Shown here piece by piece: positions 12,349 through 24,247 of a stretch of DNA of 64,000 nt (positions within the stretch are counted from its first letter, which is position 1; the number at the start of each line of letters is the position of its first letter). Under the pieces are notes generated by a model. The model searched no databases and was not told where the DNA came from. It saw only the letters and a program-made list of their open reading frames with translations. This DNA is from Somniosus microcephalus. Lineage: Eukaryota. The stretch covers positions 200,632,001-200,696,000 of the forward strand of contig CM126209.1 of NCBI GenBank assembly GCA_052327205.1, given 5' to 3'. Made by a program: the position numbers and the translations under genes.

Positions 12349-13387
12349 ATTATTAAAATGGGAGTAAAGAACCTAACGAAGGAGTATTTGTTGAATGGAA
12401 CAGTGTGCAATCCTCTCAGGCCCAGAAAAACCTTAAAAAGAAAAGAACAAAAACTCACCTTCTCTGGAGCGGGCTGCATCGGTCCCTTTAAGGACCACTG
12501 GCAAGGCCACTCAACACCTGAGACCAATGGGTGGAACATGCGTGGTACATGCTCTGCTCATTGGTACCTCAAAATTGCATTGGGGTCCTATGTACATCAT
12601 AGGGCCCCGATTATTACATTACAAATAGGCTCCTGCCCGAAACAGGTGAATGCCAGAGATCCCAACCAACATGGAAGCAAGCAGGAATGGGGTGGTACGT
12701 ATCGCCAAGATTTTCAGGGCAATAGTGCCCGTTCCCTCTGGGCAGAGGGGGTTAAAATGGAGCCACCTTAAATTACCAGGGAAGACTGTTGAAGCAGACA
12801 ACACAGGTGCATTCAAAAGAAAAATAGATTTGTTTCTATAGTAATCTCGGATGTAATGCTTAAGTTATCCACTAGATGGAGACAAATGCAAAGGGATTAT
12901 ATTTACTAGTCTTAAGGTAAAATTGCATTATGGGTAGAATGACATCATAGCATCCTCCATGTTTTGCATCGTGTAATAAGAAATACCAGTGCATGCCTGT
13001 AGCTTGTAAGAGCGCTGTTCTCTCCTTATTCTGTGTAATTGAAAGTAAAGTTTTGAGTTCCTGAAGTCTCACTTATCGTAGTTATTGGACCTTACTACTC
13101 GGATATAACAGTTTCTGGGAGAAATAAGGAATTGAGGGATGTGATGAGAAGGTAAGTATGGCGGGGGGTTGATTTTTGAAAAATGGACAAGATTGTTGGA
13201 CTTTTCCTGATCCTAAAAATGAATATGTTTGTTGCGTCACTGCTGTAACCTAGACACAGTAAATAGCTTCAGTTAATTATGGATCTGCCTCATTGTAGTG
13301 ACCTTTACATAAAACTCCATCAATAACATTCCGCCACAGGACACTTTTTCAGTTGAGTATTTTTCCTTTCTGTACGCAGACACTGTA

Positions 13388-14473
13388 GCCCTGAATTTAA
13401 CTGGGGATGGGAATCAGGTGGATGGGGGCCGGAAGAGTGGCAAGCTCCTATGACATTGCCTGGGTGATTTTAACTCCCGGGCCTCATTTTAATATGATTG
13501 ACAAGCTGCCCACCCGATCGTTACATGAAACGGGCAAACCGCCCGTTTTCACTGCACAATGTCCAGCGGGAAGCCCAAGACCTATTTCAAGTGGGAATGC
13601 ACCTCTTAAAGTGAATTTGTATTCCCATTAGCCCAGATTTTGTTGGAACTCAGTGCGGAATTTCTGTCACAATGATGAGTCGCAGGGCTGCCATCAGGTT
13701 TTCAGGTGCCTCCCTTGAGGTACTGATGGAGGAGGTCAGGAAAAAGAAATGGGTACTGTTTCCCTGCACCTGTCGGAGCATCATCGGGGCGACTATCCAG
13801 CAGGCCTGGATAGAGGTGGCTGATGGGGGCAGTGCCACCAGCATCTCCCCCAGGGCTTGGCTTCAGTGTAGAAAGAGGTATAATAGCTTCACAAGAACAG
13901 CAAAGGTGAGTGCAGCGCTTCATCTATCCATTTCTTTCAACAACACCTGACAACACTCTTTTCATCCCTCCCCACCACTCTCAACAATTCCCTCCCCTCC
14001 ATCACATCCTTCAGCATTCAATTGACAATTCTCCTGGCACGCGCTTCATCCCTCCCAAGCACTAGCACAGACACTGGCATTCTGCATGGGTTAGGCAGTG
14101 AGCTGGAGGGGTCTGTACATGGTGAAACACCCAGCACGAGTGAGCCGCAGCAGATACTGGCAGCGGGGACAGACCAGGACACAGTTCAGTGGAGAGCGAG
14201 ATCCTCTCCCAGCTCTGCTGAGCACGACAGGGATGAAAAGACAACTGCTTGCCTCTCGAAAGTAGTTACAGCAGGTATTGGAAAGCCTACCAAGGAGTTT
14301 CAGCACTATTGCTGAAAGCAAGGAGGAATCCAGCCTGTGTGGTGTCATCCTGGCCAACTAAAAAAAACTGCGCTGTTGTAATGGCAGCCGGCGGGAACAG
14401 GGTGGTAAATAGTCTACAGCGGTTTTAACCACCTGCCATGTTCCTGCTGGACAGACAGGGTTAAAATTGCCCT
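13388..14473 (+). mobile_element. Non-autonomous Harbinger derivative carrying a Myb/SANT-like exon
   Basis: Degenerate termini GCCCTGAATTTAAC / GTTAAAATTGCCC flank the Myb-like ORF. Confidence 0.7.
13672..13905 (+). pseudogene. Harbinger Myb/SANT-like (NAIF1/MYPOP-type) DNA-binding exon
   Basis: RFSGASLEVLMEEVRKKKWVLFP...AWIEVA...PRAWLQCRKRYNSF; open frame ending at AAG|GTGAGT donor. Confidence 0.8.
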
Positions 14474-15544
14474 TATAAAATTAAGTAAAATACATAAATT
14501 GGATCAATTGAAACTGACTTGACCTTTGCAAAGTGGATAGAATTTCACAGCTAATGAAAATTTTCTGCTGCTCTATGAACATGGATTTCCTTCAAAGCTC
14601 AGCTGATTGACAGCTAATTAAAGATGAAAAATTATCCTTAACACCATTCGTTTGTTGTAAATAGTTTCATCCACAATTTTAAATCATTGCATTTTAAAAT
14701 GTTAACGGATTCAAACTTCATCTGCTCTCAAGTCATTTGTCAAACTGCAGGTTGTGCAACCTTTTAAAGGTACATGAATATAGAGAGCGATTTGCAACTG
14801 TTACAAATCTGATTGGCTTTCAGCCACTTTTATGGTCCTAAATATTTTGTGTATCTGTAGGATTCAAATGGTTCTGAGCTTCCGCTGGTCCATTCTTATT
14901 CAGGGATTAAATATACAGTGGAATCTTGTTATTACAAACTTTTATTCCAAATTAATTCTGATAATGATTTTTTTGTTGATGCTGTTGGAAGCTTCATTCG
15001 AGGCCACAGAGTACTTGACAAGAACTACTTTGGTTCCCTCCATGAATTTGTAGTACTGGGGTTTAACTGTGTATATAGTAATTATAAATGTGATTAGCGT
15101 AAATCAATTCTAAAGTAACATATTTTATCACAAGTGAAAAATAGCCAAATGAGAGCTTGTATATACTTTATTAAAAATGAAGAATATATGTTAGCAAAAT
15201 GAGAATCATTGTTCTGTGTGGGGGGGAAAATGTCACCAAGGCCATTCACGTGTATCATAGTATGCGGGCAATACTTGCCATGTTCCTGGATGCTTTTGCA
15301 GACATTAGTAATTGCTCGTGGAATGGTATGACGCTGAGATCTCAACAAATTCCTCCAGGATCCGCATTACTGATATTTTACTGCAATGACTTTACAGTAA
15401 GCCTTAGTCACAGCTGCCTGAGTCTCTCCAAGAATACTGGTCCCATATCTTGAGAGGTTTTTCGAGCACCTCTTCCACACTCCTGGACAGAACACTGAAA
15501 AAGCTGATTACCTCAAATAATTTGTCTCTCACTCCTAACCTCAA

Positions 15545-15598
15545 CTCTCCCCTTCTCTCTGTCTCTCTTTCTCTCAATCTCTCTCTCTCTCTCTCTCT
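15545..15598. repeat. (CT)n microsatellite
   Basis: Imperfect then perfect CT dinucleotide run. Confidence 0.9.
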
Positions 15599-16905
15599 GC
15601 ATTGCACCTTTTCTTGTCTCTCAGTTTTATTGACACTACTATAACAATTGCTCCTCTGACCTTACACTCTTGTTCTTCCTAAGCTTCTCAGCTCCAAATG
15701 CATTGTTCTGCATGCTCTTCCTAACTGATGATTCACTGCAGTTATATTACTGTACAGCATGCCATATCCAAATCACAGCTTTCCGAGTCTATCCAAGACT
15801 TAAATACTACTGTATGTCTTGGGAGGTTTTTCTAACACCTTACCATATTAAAATTAAAATTCATTATGCAGACTTCTACTGAAACTTATTTTTTCCCAGG
15901 ACCTCAAAACTGTCGAACTCTGCACCCCTTTATTCTTGAGATGCAGTAACTGTTGTTATGGATTTGGATTGCAATTTGGATGAATTGCACTTCTAGAGGC
16001 GGCTTCTTACTTACAGTAATGAATTGTTTTTGAAGACAGCCATCTTCCCAATTTTTGTCTCTTTTTGAAATATCCGAGGTGTAAAGTTGAATTTCAAAGG
16101 CATTACAAGTTAGGCTACAATTACACTGCAGCTATCCATTTAGACACTGGTATCTGCTGGCAAATGTGTGATCAGCAGACCCTAATTATATCACAATCTG
16201 ACCACAGTCTGACGAACAGCGAGGTACTATAATAGCAGAGCTTTGTACAAGTGTTCTCTGATTCAGGTACAAGGCTCCACTCTTTCTGTTGGTGATTTTT
16301 CATGTTAGAAGAGTGTGGCAGGAATTGCATTATGTTCTAATATTAAAAACATCAATACAATGTTTAAAAAGCTTCCAGCAAGTCCAACAGGCATCACATC
16401 TGTCACCCACTTGATGCACTGACATGCATCTAAAACTGCTTTGCATCAATGTGAAATGTAATTGTCCCTTAAGCAGTCTGGTCTGCCAGCCATATCTGAC
16501 TTCCTATTTTCACAAGGCTGTTAAAGTCTTGTGAACTGTTCATATCACACTGTTAAATTCAGTGAATTAAAGGATGGAAGCCTCATGAAACTAAGAAATC
16601 AGAGCACAGGATTAGGGCTGTATTGATGTTATGTATAATACATGGCAGCCACAAATTTAATACATTCAAAATAATGTAATAGTAAACACAACTGTTTATT
16701 AAAATTGTATTAAATTACCATTTTCTCATATATACAGAGACTTTCTATTTTAAATGTTGTCAACTTCATTTTTACAGCCTTCTCATTTTATCCCAAATTA
16801 ATACTATGGTGAGCTGACAGTCTGACTGGCATTTTGAGTACAATTTAGATGAATTTTTACCAAAATCAAATAGACATGACATTTCAAGATGAAAGTAAAC
16901 ATCAA

Positions 16906-17641
16906 GGGGTAGAGTTTCCGTTTTGGTTGTAATCGGCAATCTGGGCGCAAATTGCACTCAAAATTGCACTCGTTTTAAGAAGTGCTTTTTTTGCGTGTTT
17001 CCGCTCAAACTTATTTGCATATCACCGACCGTAAAATCTGCCAGGAACCAGCGCAATCAGGCAGCTTTTTAGAACATTTTTTTTTTAATTTTGTTTTAAA
17101 AAATATTCCTTGATAATATTTAAGTGATAATTTGGTGCAGTTTGATTTAATACAGCTGAAAATTAGCATTTTTAGTCAAAGTGTCCTGTCCACCAGCTGT
17201 GAGTAAGCCGATTTTAAATAACTGAAAATGACTTTAAAAATTATACAGAACTATTTGCTAGTTATATAGGTGTACAGTAGTCAGTTTCTTAGTAAGTTAA
17301 AAAAAAATTATATTCTAAAGCTTTTAAACCATGCCTATTAGTGTCCTTGCGTCTAAAAAGACCAGCTTAATTTTTGAGCCTCCTCAAGGACCTGCAAACG
17401 AGCACAATTAGTGGAAATTTGCAATCGTGATTAGTTTGACCTGGGGGCATGGCCAGTTTTGTGGGCAGGGCCGGCTTCTAGCCCAATGTTTCTTTAAACT
17501 AGTGCAAAAGATCGCGGAAATTCGAGTTGCGCTGAACATAATTTGTGCTTATAATTCCGCAATCTTTTGTGTTGGTTTTGCCGATTTCGAATGAATTGCG
17601 CTTGAAAAAAACCAGCGCAACCGAGCGGAAACTCCCAGGCC
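16906..17641. mobile_element. Harbinger-type MITE
   Basis: Imperfect TIR GGGGTAGAGTTTCCG / CGGAAACTCCCAGGCC; AT-rich centre. Confidence 0.7.
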
Positions 17642-17645
17642 TTGA

Positions 17646-18145
17646 NNNNNNNNNNNNNNNNNNNNNNNNNNNNNNNNNNNNNNNNNNNNNNNNNNNNNNN
17701 NNNNNNNNNNNNNNNNNNNNNNNNNNNNNNNNNNNNNNNNNNNNNNNNNNNNNNNNNNNNNNNNNNNNNNNNNNNNNNNNNNNNNNNNNNNNNNNNNNNN
17801 NNNNNNNNNNNNNNNNNNNNNNNNNNNNNNNNNNNNNNNNNNNNNNNNNNNNNNNNNNNNNNNNNNNNNNNNNNNNNNNNNNNNNNNNNNNNNNNNNNNN
17901 NNNNNNNNNNNNNNNNNNNNNNNNNNNNNNNNNNNNNNNNNNNNNNNNNNNNNNNNNNNNNNNNNNNNNNNNNNNNNNNNNNNNNNNNNNNNNNNNNNNN
18001 NNNNNNNNNNNNNNNNNNNNNNNNNNNNNNNNNNNNNNNNNNNNNNNNNNNNNNNNNNNNNNNNNNNNNNNNNNNNNNNNNNNNNNNNNNNNNNNNNNNN
18101 NNNNNNNNNNNNNNNNNNNNNNNNNNNNNNNNNNNNNNNNNNNNN
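17646..18145. other. Assembly gap (500 N)
   Basis: Run of N. Confidence 1.
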
Positions 18146-18365
18146 GGAGTCCCCGAGCCCCGCCCCCGATGCCCCGAGCCCCGCCCTCCCGAGGCCCGAT
18201 CTCACGGCGCCCGATCTCCCAAGCCCCGTGCCCCGATCTCCCGAGCGCCGATCTCCCGAGGCCCGATCTCCCGAGCCCCGCCCCCCGATCTCCCGAGGCT
18301 TGCCCCCCCCCGATCTCCGGAGGCCCGCCCCCCCCCCGATCTCCCGAGCCCCGCCCCCCGCCCGA
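18146..18365. repeat. GC-rich minisatellite (CCCGATCTCCCGAG-type units) inside Helitron
   Basis: Visible tandem units next to the gap. Confidence 0.85.
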
Positions 18366-19212
18366 GCCGGCTTCAAGAGCAGAGAGAGAGACGCTGCCAC
18401 GCAACCTACCGCGTGAGGCCCGGCTGGACTCAAGTCGCGCGCGCTGACTCCTGCCCCACCCGCCTTTACTAACATGGCGGCGGGTAGCGACGCTAGGCTC
18501 AGGCCCGCCCCCTCCAGCCTTCACAAAGATGGCAGCGATCGCGAGCCGCTTGTTCAGCGCGATGGGAGGTGCCTTGCTCGGGCGCGGCTGGCCAACAGAG
18601 GCCCAGGCTTAGAGGCCTGGAAAAACGGTTAAAGGTAGGAAAATTCTAGATGTTACAGAAAAGATTTACAAATTAATTAACTTTTTTTAAAAACAATTTG
18701 TGTTTTAAAAGCAACTTTTTTTTTTGCTGGAAATGTAGATTTGAAAAGAAACACGCAGAAAGCGGGAAAAAGAAATGAAAAGTTTGGAATCATGATGGTG
18801 GCGACTCACCTCGGTTCAGAACGATAAGGCCCACCCACACACGCACCGATTGGTCGACCGTCAGGTCACCGAAGCGTAGGATTGGTCAATCGCCCTGTCA
18901 CTCGACTCTAGGAGGGCTCGCCCATAAGCGCCAGGAACCCGCCCCCGCCACGCAGCGATTGGTCGACCTCGACGTCACTCGATGCTAATGAGCGGATAAT
19001 GAGCGGAATGTTGAAAGTTTTTTGGATACCGCGGGCACAATTTTTGTCTGCCGAAACGTAAATATGCTTATGACGGTTCTGGAATTGTAAGCTTTCTTTC
19101 GATGTAACACACGTGTAGGTACGCTCTATAACTTTCGAGTTTATTCAATACAGACAGACAGATAGACGGAATGACAGACAGACAGATGTATCCTGTTATA
19201 TATATGGATGGA
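18146..19212 (-). mobile_element. Non-autonomous Helitron copy 1 (3' end lost in gap)
   Basis: Minus-strand 5' end TC(CATC)CATATATATAACAGGATACA-(TCTG)n; diverged direct repeat of about 20060-20945. Confidence 0.8.
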
Positions 19213-20950
19213 CTAGCTGAAGTGCCCGCCGGTGCCGACGGGATTTTTGAGGGATAGTTGTTGTTGGAAGAGAGAGAGAGAGCGACTGGGGGGGAGAGAG
19301 AGAGAGCGAGCGACTGGGGGGAAGAGAGAGAGAGCGAGCGACTGGGGGGGAGAGAGAGAGAGCGAGCGACTGGGGGGAAGAGACTGGGGGGGAGAGAGGG
19401 AGAGCGAGCGACTGGGGGGGAAGAGAGAGAGAGCGAGCCACTGGGGGGATGAGAGAGAGAGCGAGCGACTGGGGGGAAGAGAGAGAGCGACTGGGGGGAA
19501 GAGAGAGAGCGACTGGGGGGAAGNNNNNNNNNNNNNNNNNNNNNNNNNNNNNNNNNNNNNNNNNNNNNNNNNNNNNNNNNNNNNNNNNNNNNNNNNNNNN
19601 NNNNNNNNNNNNNNNNNNNNNNNNNNNNNNNNNNNNNNNNNNNNNNNNNNNNGAGGGGAGGCGGGGGGGAAGGGGGGGAGGGGGGAAGGGGGAAGGGGAG
19701 GGGGAAGGGAGAGGGGGGAATGGGGTGGAGGGGAGGGGGAGGGGGGAATGGGGGGAGGGGAGGGAGGAATGGGGGGAGGGGAGGGGAGGGGGGGTGTGGG
19801 GGGAGGGGAGGGGGTGGAGAGGGGGGAGGGGAGAGGGGGGGAGAGTGGAGGGGAGGGGGGTTGTGGGGGGAAAAAGGGAGGGGGGGAGCTAGCAGACCCG
19901 ATGGCTCCGCGGAGCTCCGTGCCGCCCCACGCACTGACATGGCTCAGCCCGAGCCCCGCCCTCCTGAGCACCGGCCTCCGGAGCCCCGTCCTCCCGCTCT
20001 CTGGAGCCCTGCCCTCCTGCTGCGCTCTCCCGAGCCCCGAGCCCCGCGCGCATGCCCTCCCGAGCTCCGCCTTCCCGAGCCCCGCCCCCCCGCCCGAGCC
20101 GGCTTCAAGACCAGAGAGATGCCGCCGTGCAACCTACCGCGTGAGACCCGGCCGGACTCAAGTCGCGCTCCGGGCGGAAGATGACGCGGACGCTGACTCC
20201 CGCCCCGCCCGCCTTTACAAAGATGGCGGCGGTGGTGATGCTCGGCTCAGGCCCGCCCCCTCCAGCCTTCACAAAGATGGCGGCGATCGCTGGCCTTTTG
20301 TCGATCGTGGCGGGAGGCACCTAGCTCGGGCGTGGCTGGTCAACAGACGCCCAGGCTTTGAGGCCTGGAAAATGGTGAAAGGTAGGAAAATTATAGAGGT
20401 TAGACAAAAGATTTACAAATTAATTAACTTCTTTTAAAAACAATTTGTCTTTTAAAAGCAACTATTTTTTTTGCTGGAAATGTAGATTTGAAAAGAAACA
20501 CGCAGAAAGCATGAAAAAGAAATGAAAAGTTTGGAATCAAGATGGCGGCGACTCACCTCGGTTCAGAACGATAAGGCCCGCCCACACACGCACCGATTGG
20601 TGGACCATTAGGTCACCGAAGCTTAGGATTGGTCAATCGTCCCATCACTAGATCGTAGGAGGGCCCGCCCGCACGCGCCAGGAACCTGCCGTACGATTGG
20701 TCGACCTCGACGTCACTCGATGCTAATGAGCGGATAATGAGCGGAATATGTTGAATGTTTTTTGGATACCGCAGGCGCAATTTTTGTCTGGCCGAAACGT
20801 AAATACGCTTAGGACGGTTCTGGAATCGTCAGCTTTCTTTCGATGTAACACACGTGTAGGTACGCTCTATAATTTTCAAGTTTATTCAATACAGACAGAC
20901 AGACAGACGGAATGACAGACAGACAGATGTATCCTTTTATATATATATAA
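19213..20950 (-). mobile_element. Non-autonomous Helitron copy 2
   Basis: Minus-strand 3' end CCCGTCGG-CA-CCGGCGGG hairpin, 8 nt, then CTAG (19213-19216); 5' end TATATATAAAAGGATACA-(TCTG)n; no TIR or TSD. Confidence 0.85.
19266..19890. repeat. ~30-bp GAGAGAGCGAGCGACTGGGGGG minisatellite and G-rich tract (contains 129-N gap 19524-19652)
   Basis: Tandem units and G-runs directly visible. Confidence 0.9.
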
Positions 20951-22103
20951 ATAAATAAATATATATATATATATATTGCAGAAAATAAAGTATATGGAGC
21001 TTATAAGACTCATTATCAATAAAACTACTGAACTTAAGTAAAATCCTTTGGGCAAAATCAGGTAGAAAACAAATGATGTACTTTTGAAACAAAGCTATCA
21101 ATAACGTATGGCTTATAAACATTTACACTCTCAATAGATACTGAAAACGACTATGCTGTATAATGAAATAACATACAGAACACTGATAGCTTGCCAAAAT
21201 GTCACGGCAATAAAAACCAAACTAATCATCCCAGAAAATAATGTTGTGTGTTAAACTGCAGAAGCTAAGTGTTTATGCATTGTACAGTACTTCAAAGCAA
21301 AGTAAATGGAGATCTTCATTTACAAAATATCCTATATCCTATTCAAAGATTCTATAGGATTTTATGTGCTTTAAATAAATAAATCTGATGCAATACAACA
21401 GACTTTACACCATATAAAATATTAATATATCATACGATCTAATACATTTTATAAACTGAAGCTCCAAATGGATGCTTGGTGTTGAGGGAGGTCATTAAAA
21501 TAGCATAATAAATTATTGTTTTCTGTGCAAATGTAAAATTAATAATTTATTTGCATAACGTTCTTTGAGGCCAATATTCTATAATAACACTCTTTACTAT
21601 CTGCAAAGCTGGACCCGTACAATTAAAGTTACAGATTACTGGTTCAATGGAATTCCTTGCCAAGACATAAAAAATGCTCATTACAAAATCCCACCAGATG
21701 AATTAAATAATCCTAAATTAGCTTCCTTAATGCATTATGATGTTCTCAAAAAATGAGCTTGCTGTTGTTGCTACTTTCAAACTGGCTGCTGTTGGAGAAA
21801 GATTAATACATTTCCATATGTAATGTAGAATTTGAGATTTCTTTAATTCTATCCATCTGTATATCCACAGTTTTGTGCATCTTTTGGTTTTACTCCTGAA
21901 CTGTACACCAGAATTTTTTTTAAGGAGCTTTATGGTTTTTATTTATAACAGAAATGATTTTTCACCCTCTCAAACAATCAAGATATTACAGGAACCTTCT
22001 GTATACTATGTTTTAAACTTATTGCATCCAAAATGCAAGTATGAAGAAGTAAATCATTTAATTAAGAGTGTCCTGACCACTGCAGTATTCAAAAGTGCTT
22101 TAC

Positions 22104-22236
22104 CTTAGAGGAGTAAGTGTGGCCATCAGAACCACAGACAGAACTGGGGTGCACCACTGCACAAGGCTTGCATTTGACCAAATTGGCTCCTCCGACCCGT
22201 TGTCTATGAAGATGACTGTCCTTTTTCTGTCTGACG
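22104..22236 (-). CDS. spock1: Internal coding exon of testican-1 (start of Kazal-like domain)
   Basis: TTTTGTTTTGCAG| acceptor and AAG|GTAAAG donor; 133 nt (1 nt + 44 codons) reading VRQKKDSHLHRQRVGGANLVKCKPCAVVHPSSVCGSDGHTYSSK; matches recalled human SPOCK1 RQKKGNVAQKHWVGPSNLVKCKPCPVAQSAMVCGSDGHSYTSK, closer than SPOCK3. Confidence 0.9.
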
Positions 22237-22966
22237 CTGCAAAACAAAATTCAGTTGATCATACAAAGTGACAAAGCCTATGTGTATTATATTAAAAACC
22301 TCCATATTACCATTTCTGGAGATTTTATAAAGGTGAGATTACAGTACCACAATGTGGAAGAACAGATTCAAAGTAGTCAAAAGGTAATGTTAAATCAGAA
22401 AATGTTTGTGTACATACTGTATTAGGCCCATAAAAAGGATTGGAACCTGTGGCTATTTGCAAATTGCACTCTTCTTCATCACTTTATATTCCTGGTAAAG
22501 TAGAATCTGTTTAGTGCAAAACTAATGTTCTTTTAAATTATCTTTTGTTTCTAAAATTGCAGCCATCATATAGGGGAAACAAAAGGTTCTGCCAGCATTG
22601 GGGATCACAGTGACCACATGTCAATGCAGGATGTAGCATTGGTAGCTTTTGTTGTTCTCCTGTCTGAATCTTCTGAATTTTAGCATAAAGCTTCCTCTAA
22701 TATGAACAGGAGTTTGCCAACCTCTGGATGTTGCAGCCTAATGTGTCCCTTGGGTTTATGAATAATAGTGTCTGCATTGATCAGAGCACTTATTCTAATT
22801 TGAGAAGAGATTGGGGTCTGACCTGCAGTTATCTAACTTGTTTATTTATGGATGAACCTAGTCTAGTGTGCTCAGTAGGATGCTGCATGCTTTTGGACCA
22901 TTTGTCCAGTTATCTGGCCTTTAGACTCCTTCTCTGGAGGGACCAAACTTTTGTTAACTTCCTGGG

Positions 22967-23945
22967 GATAACCATCCTTTCAGGCAGTGCATTCCAGGTC
23001 CTAACCACTCGCTGTGTAAAAAAGCTTTTCCTTATGTCGCCTTTGGTTCTTCTGCCAATCACCTTAAATTGGTATCCTTTGGTTCTCGACCCTTCCGCCA
23101 ATGGGAACAGTTTCTCTCTATCTACTCTGTCTAGACCCCTCATGATTTTGAACATCTCTATCAGATCTCCTCTCCACCTTCTCTGCTCTAAGGAGAACAA
23201 CTCCAGCTTCTCCAGTCTATCCACATAACTGAATCCCTCATCCCTGGAACCATTCTTGTAAATATTTTCTGTACCTTTTCTAAGTCCTTCACATCCTTCC
23301 GAAAGTGCGGTGCCCAGAATTGGAAACAATACTTCAGTTGAGGCCAAACCAGTGTTATTTATCATAACGTCCTTGCTTTTGTACTCTATGCCTCTATTTA
23401 TAAAGCCCATGATCAAGTATGCTTTTTTAACTGCTTTCTCAACCTGCCCTGCCACCTCCAACAATTTGTGCTCATATACCCCCAGGTCTCTCTGTTCCTG
23501 CACCCCCTTTAGAATTGTACCCTTTAGTTTATATTGCCTTTCCTCATTCTTCCTACCAAAATGTATCGCTTCACACTTTTCTGCGTTAAATTTCATCTGC
23601 CACGTATCTGCCCATTCCACCAGCCGGTCTATGTCCTCTTGAAGTCTATCACTATCCTCCTCACTGTTCACTATACTTCCAAGTTTTGTGTCATCTGCAA
23701 ACTTTGAAATTGTGTCCTGTACACCCAAGTCCAAGTCATTAATATATATCAAGAAAAGCAGTGGTCCTAGTACCGACCCCTGGGGAACACCACTGTATAC
23801 CTTCCTCCAGTCTGAAAAACAACCGCTCTGTTTCCTGTCACATAGCCAATTTCGTATCCATGCTGCCACTGTCCCTTTTATTCCATGGGCTTCAGCTTTG
23901 CTGGCAAGCCTATTATGTGGCACTTTATCAAACACCTTTTGGAAG
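22967..23945 (-). mobile_element. CR1 LINE ORF2 RT fragment
   Basis: ORF 22910-23935: FDKVPH, GVPQGSVLGP, KFADDTK, FFTQRVV. Confidence 0.95.
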
Positions 23946-24247
23946 TTTAACTAAAATAATAAAACACATTTATTTTATTATGTACAAATGTTCATTACAC
24001 AAATTTGTTGCATTTAACTGGTAATAACAGATCCAAAGAACAAACATGTTTGCATTAGATTTTAACTTCAACCAGATTTAATTTCCACCATCTTTTTAAT
24101 TATTTTTATAGTGACTACCATTATTAATAATTTATACTAATTACTTTGCTGCACACTGTTGCAGCAACACACAAACTGCTGCACTTAATCGGCTTACTAT
24201 TTCATCACATTCAAGTTACATTTTAAGCACTGACTTTTGTAATGTTC

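Larger units (their letters stand above)
9421..13220 (+). mobile_element. Old, heavily fragmented CR1 (pieces at about 9421-9535, 9800-9940, 10040-10074, 12349-12410, 12775-12840, 13130-13220)
   Basis: DVVYLDFQKVFNKV at ~9460, IIKMGVKN...EYLLNG at 12349, TVEADNTGAFKRKIDLFL at ~12785, in ORF2 order. Confidence 0.6.

Noticed and set aside
17499-20437. Long ORFs (up to 401 aa) in the ORF track
   Set aside because: Artifacts of N gaps and GC-rich minisatellites inside Helitrons
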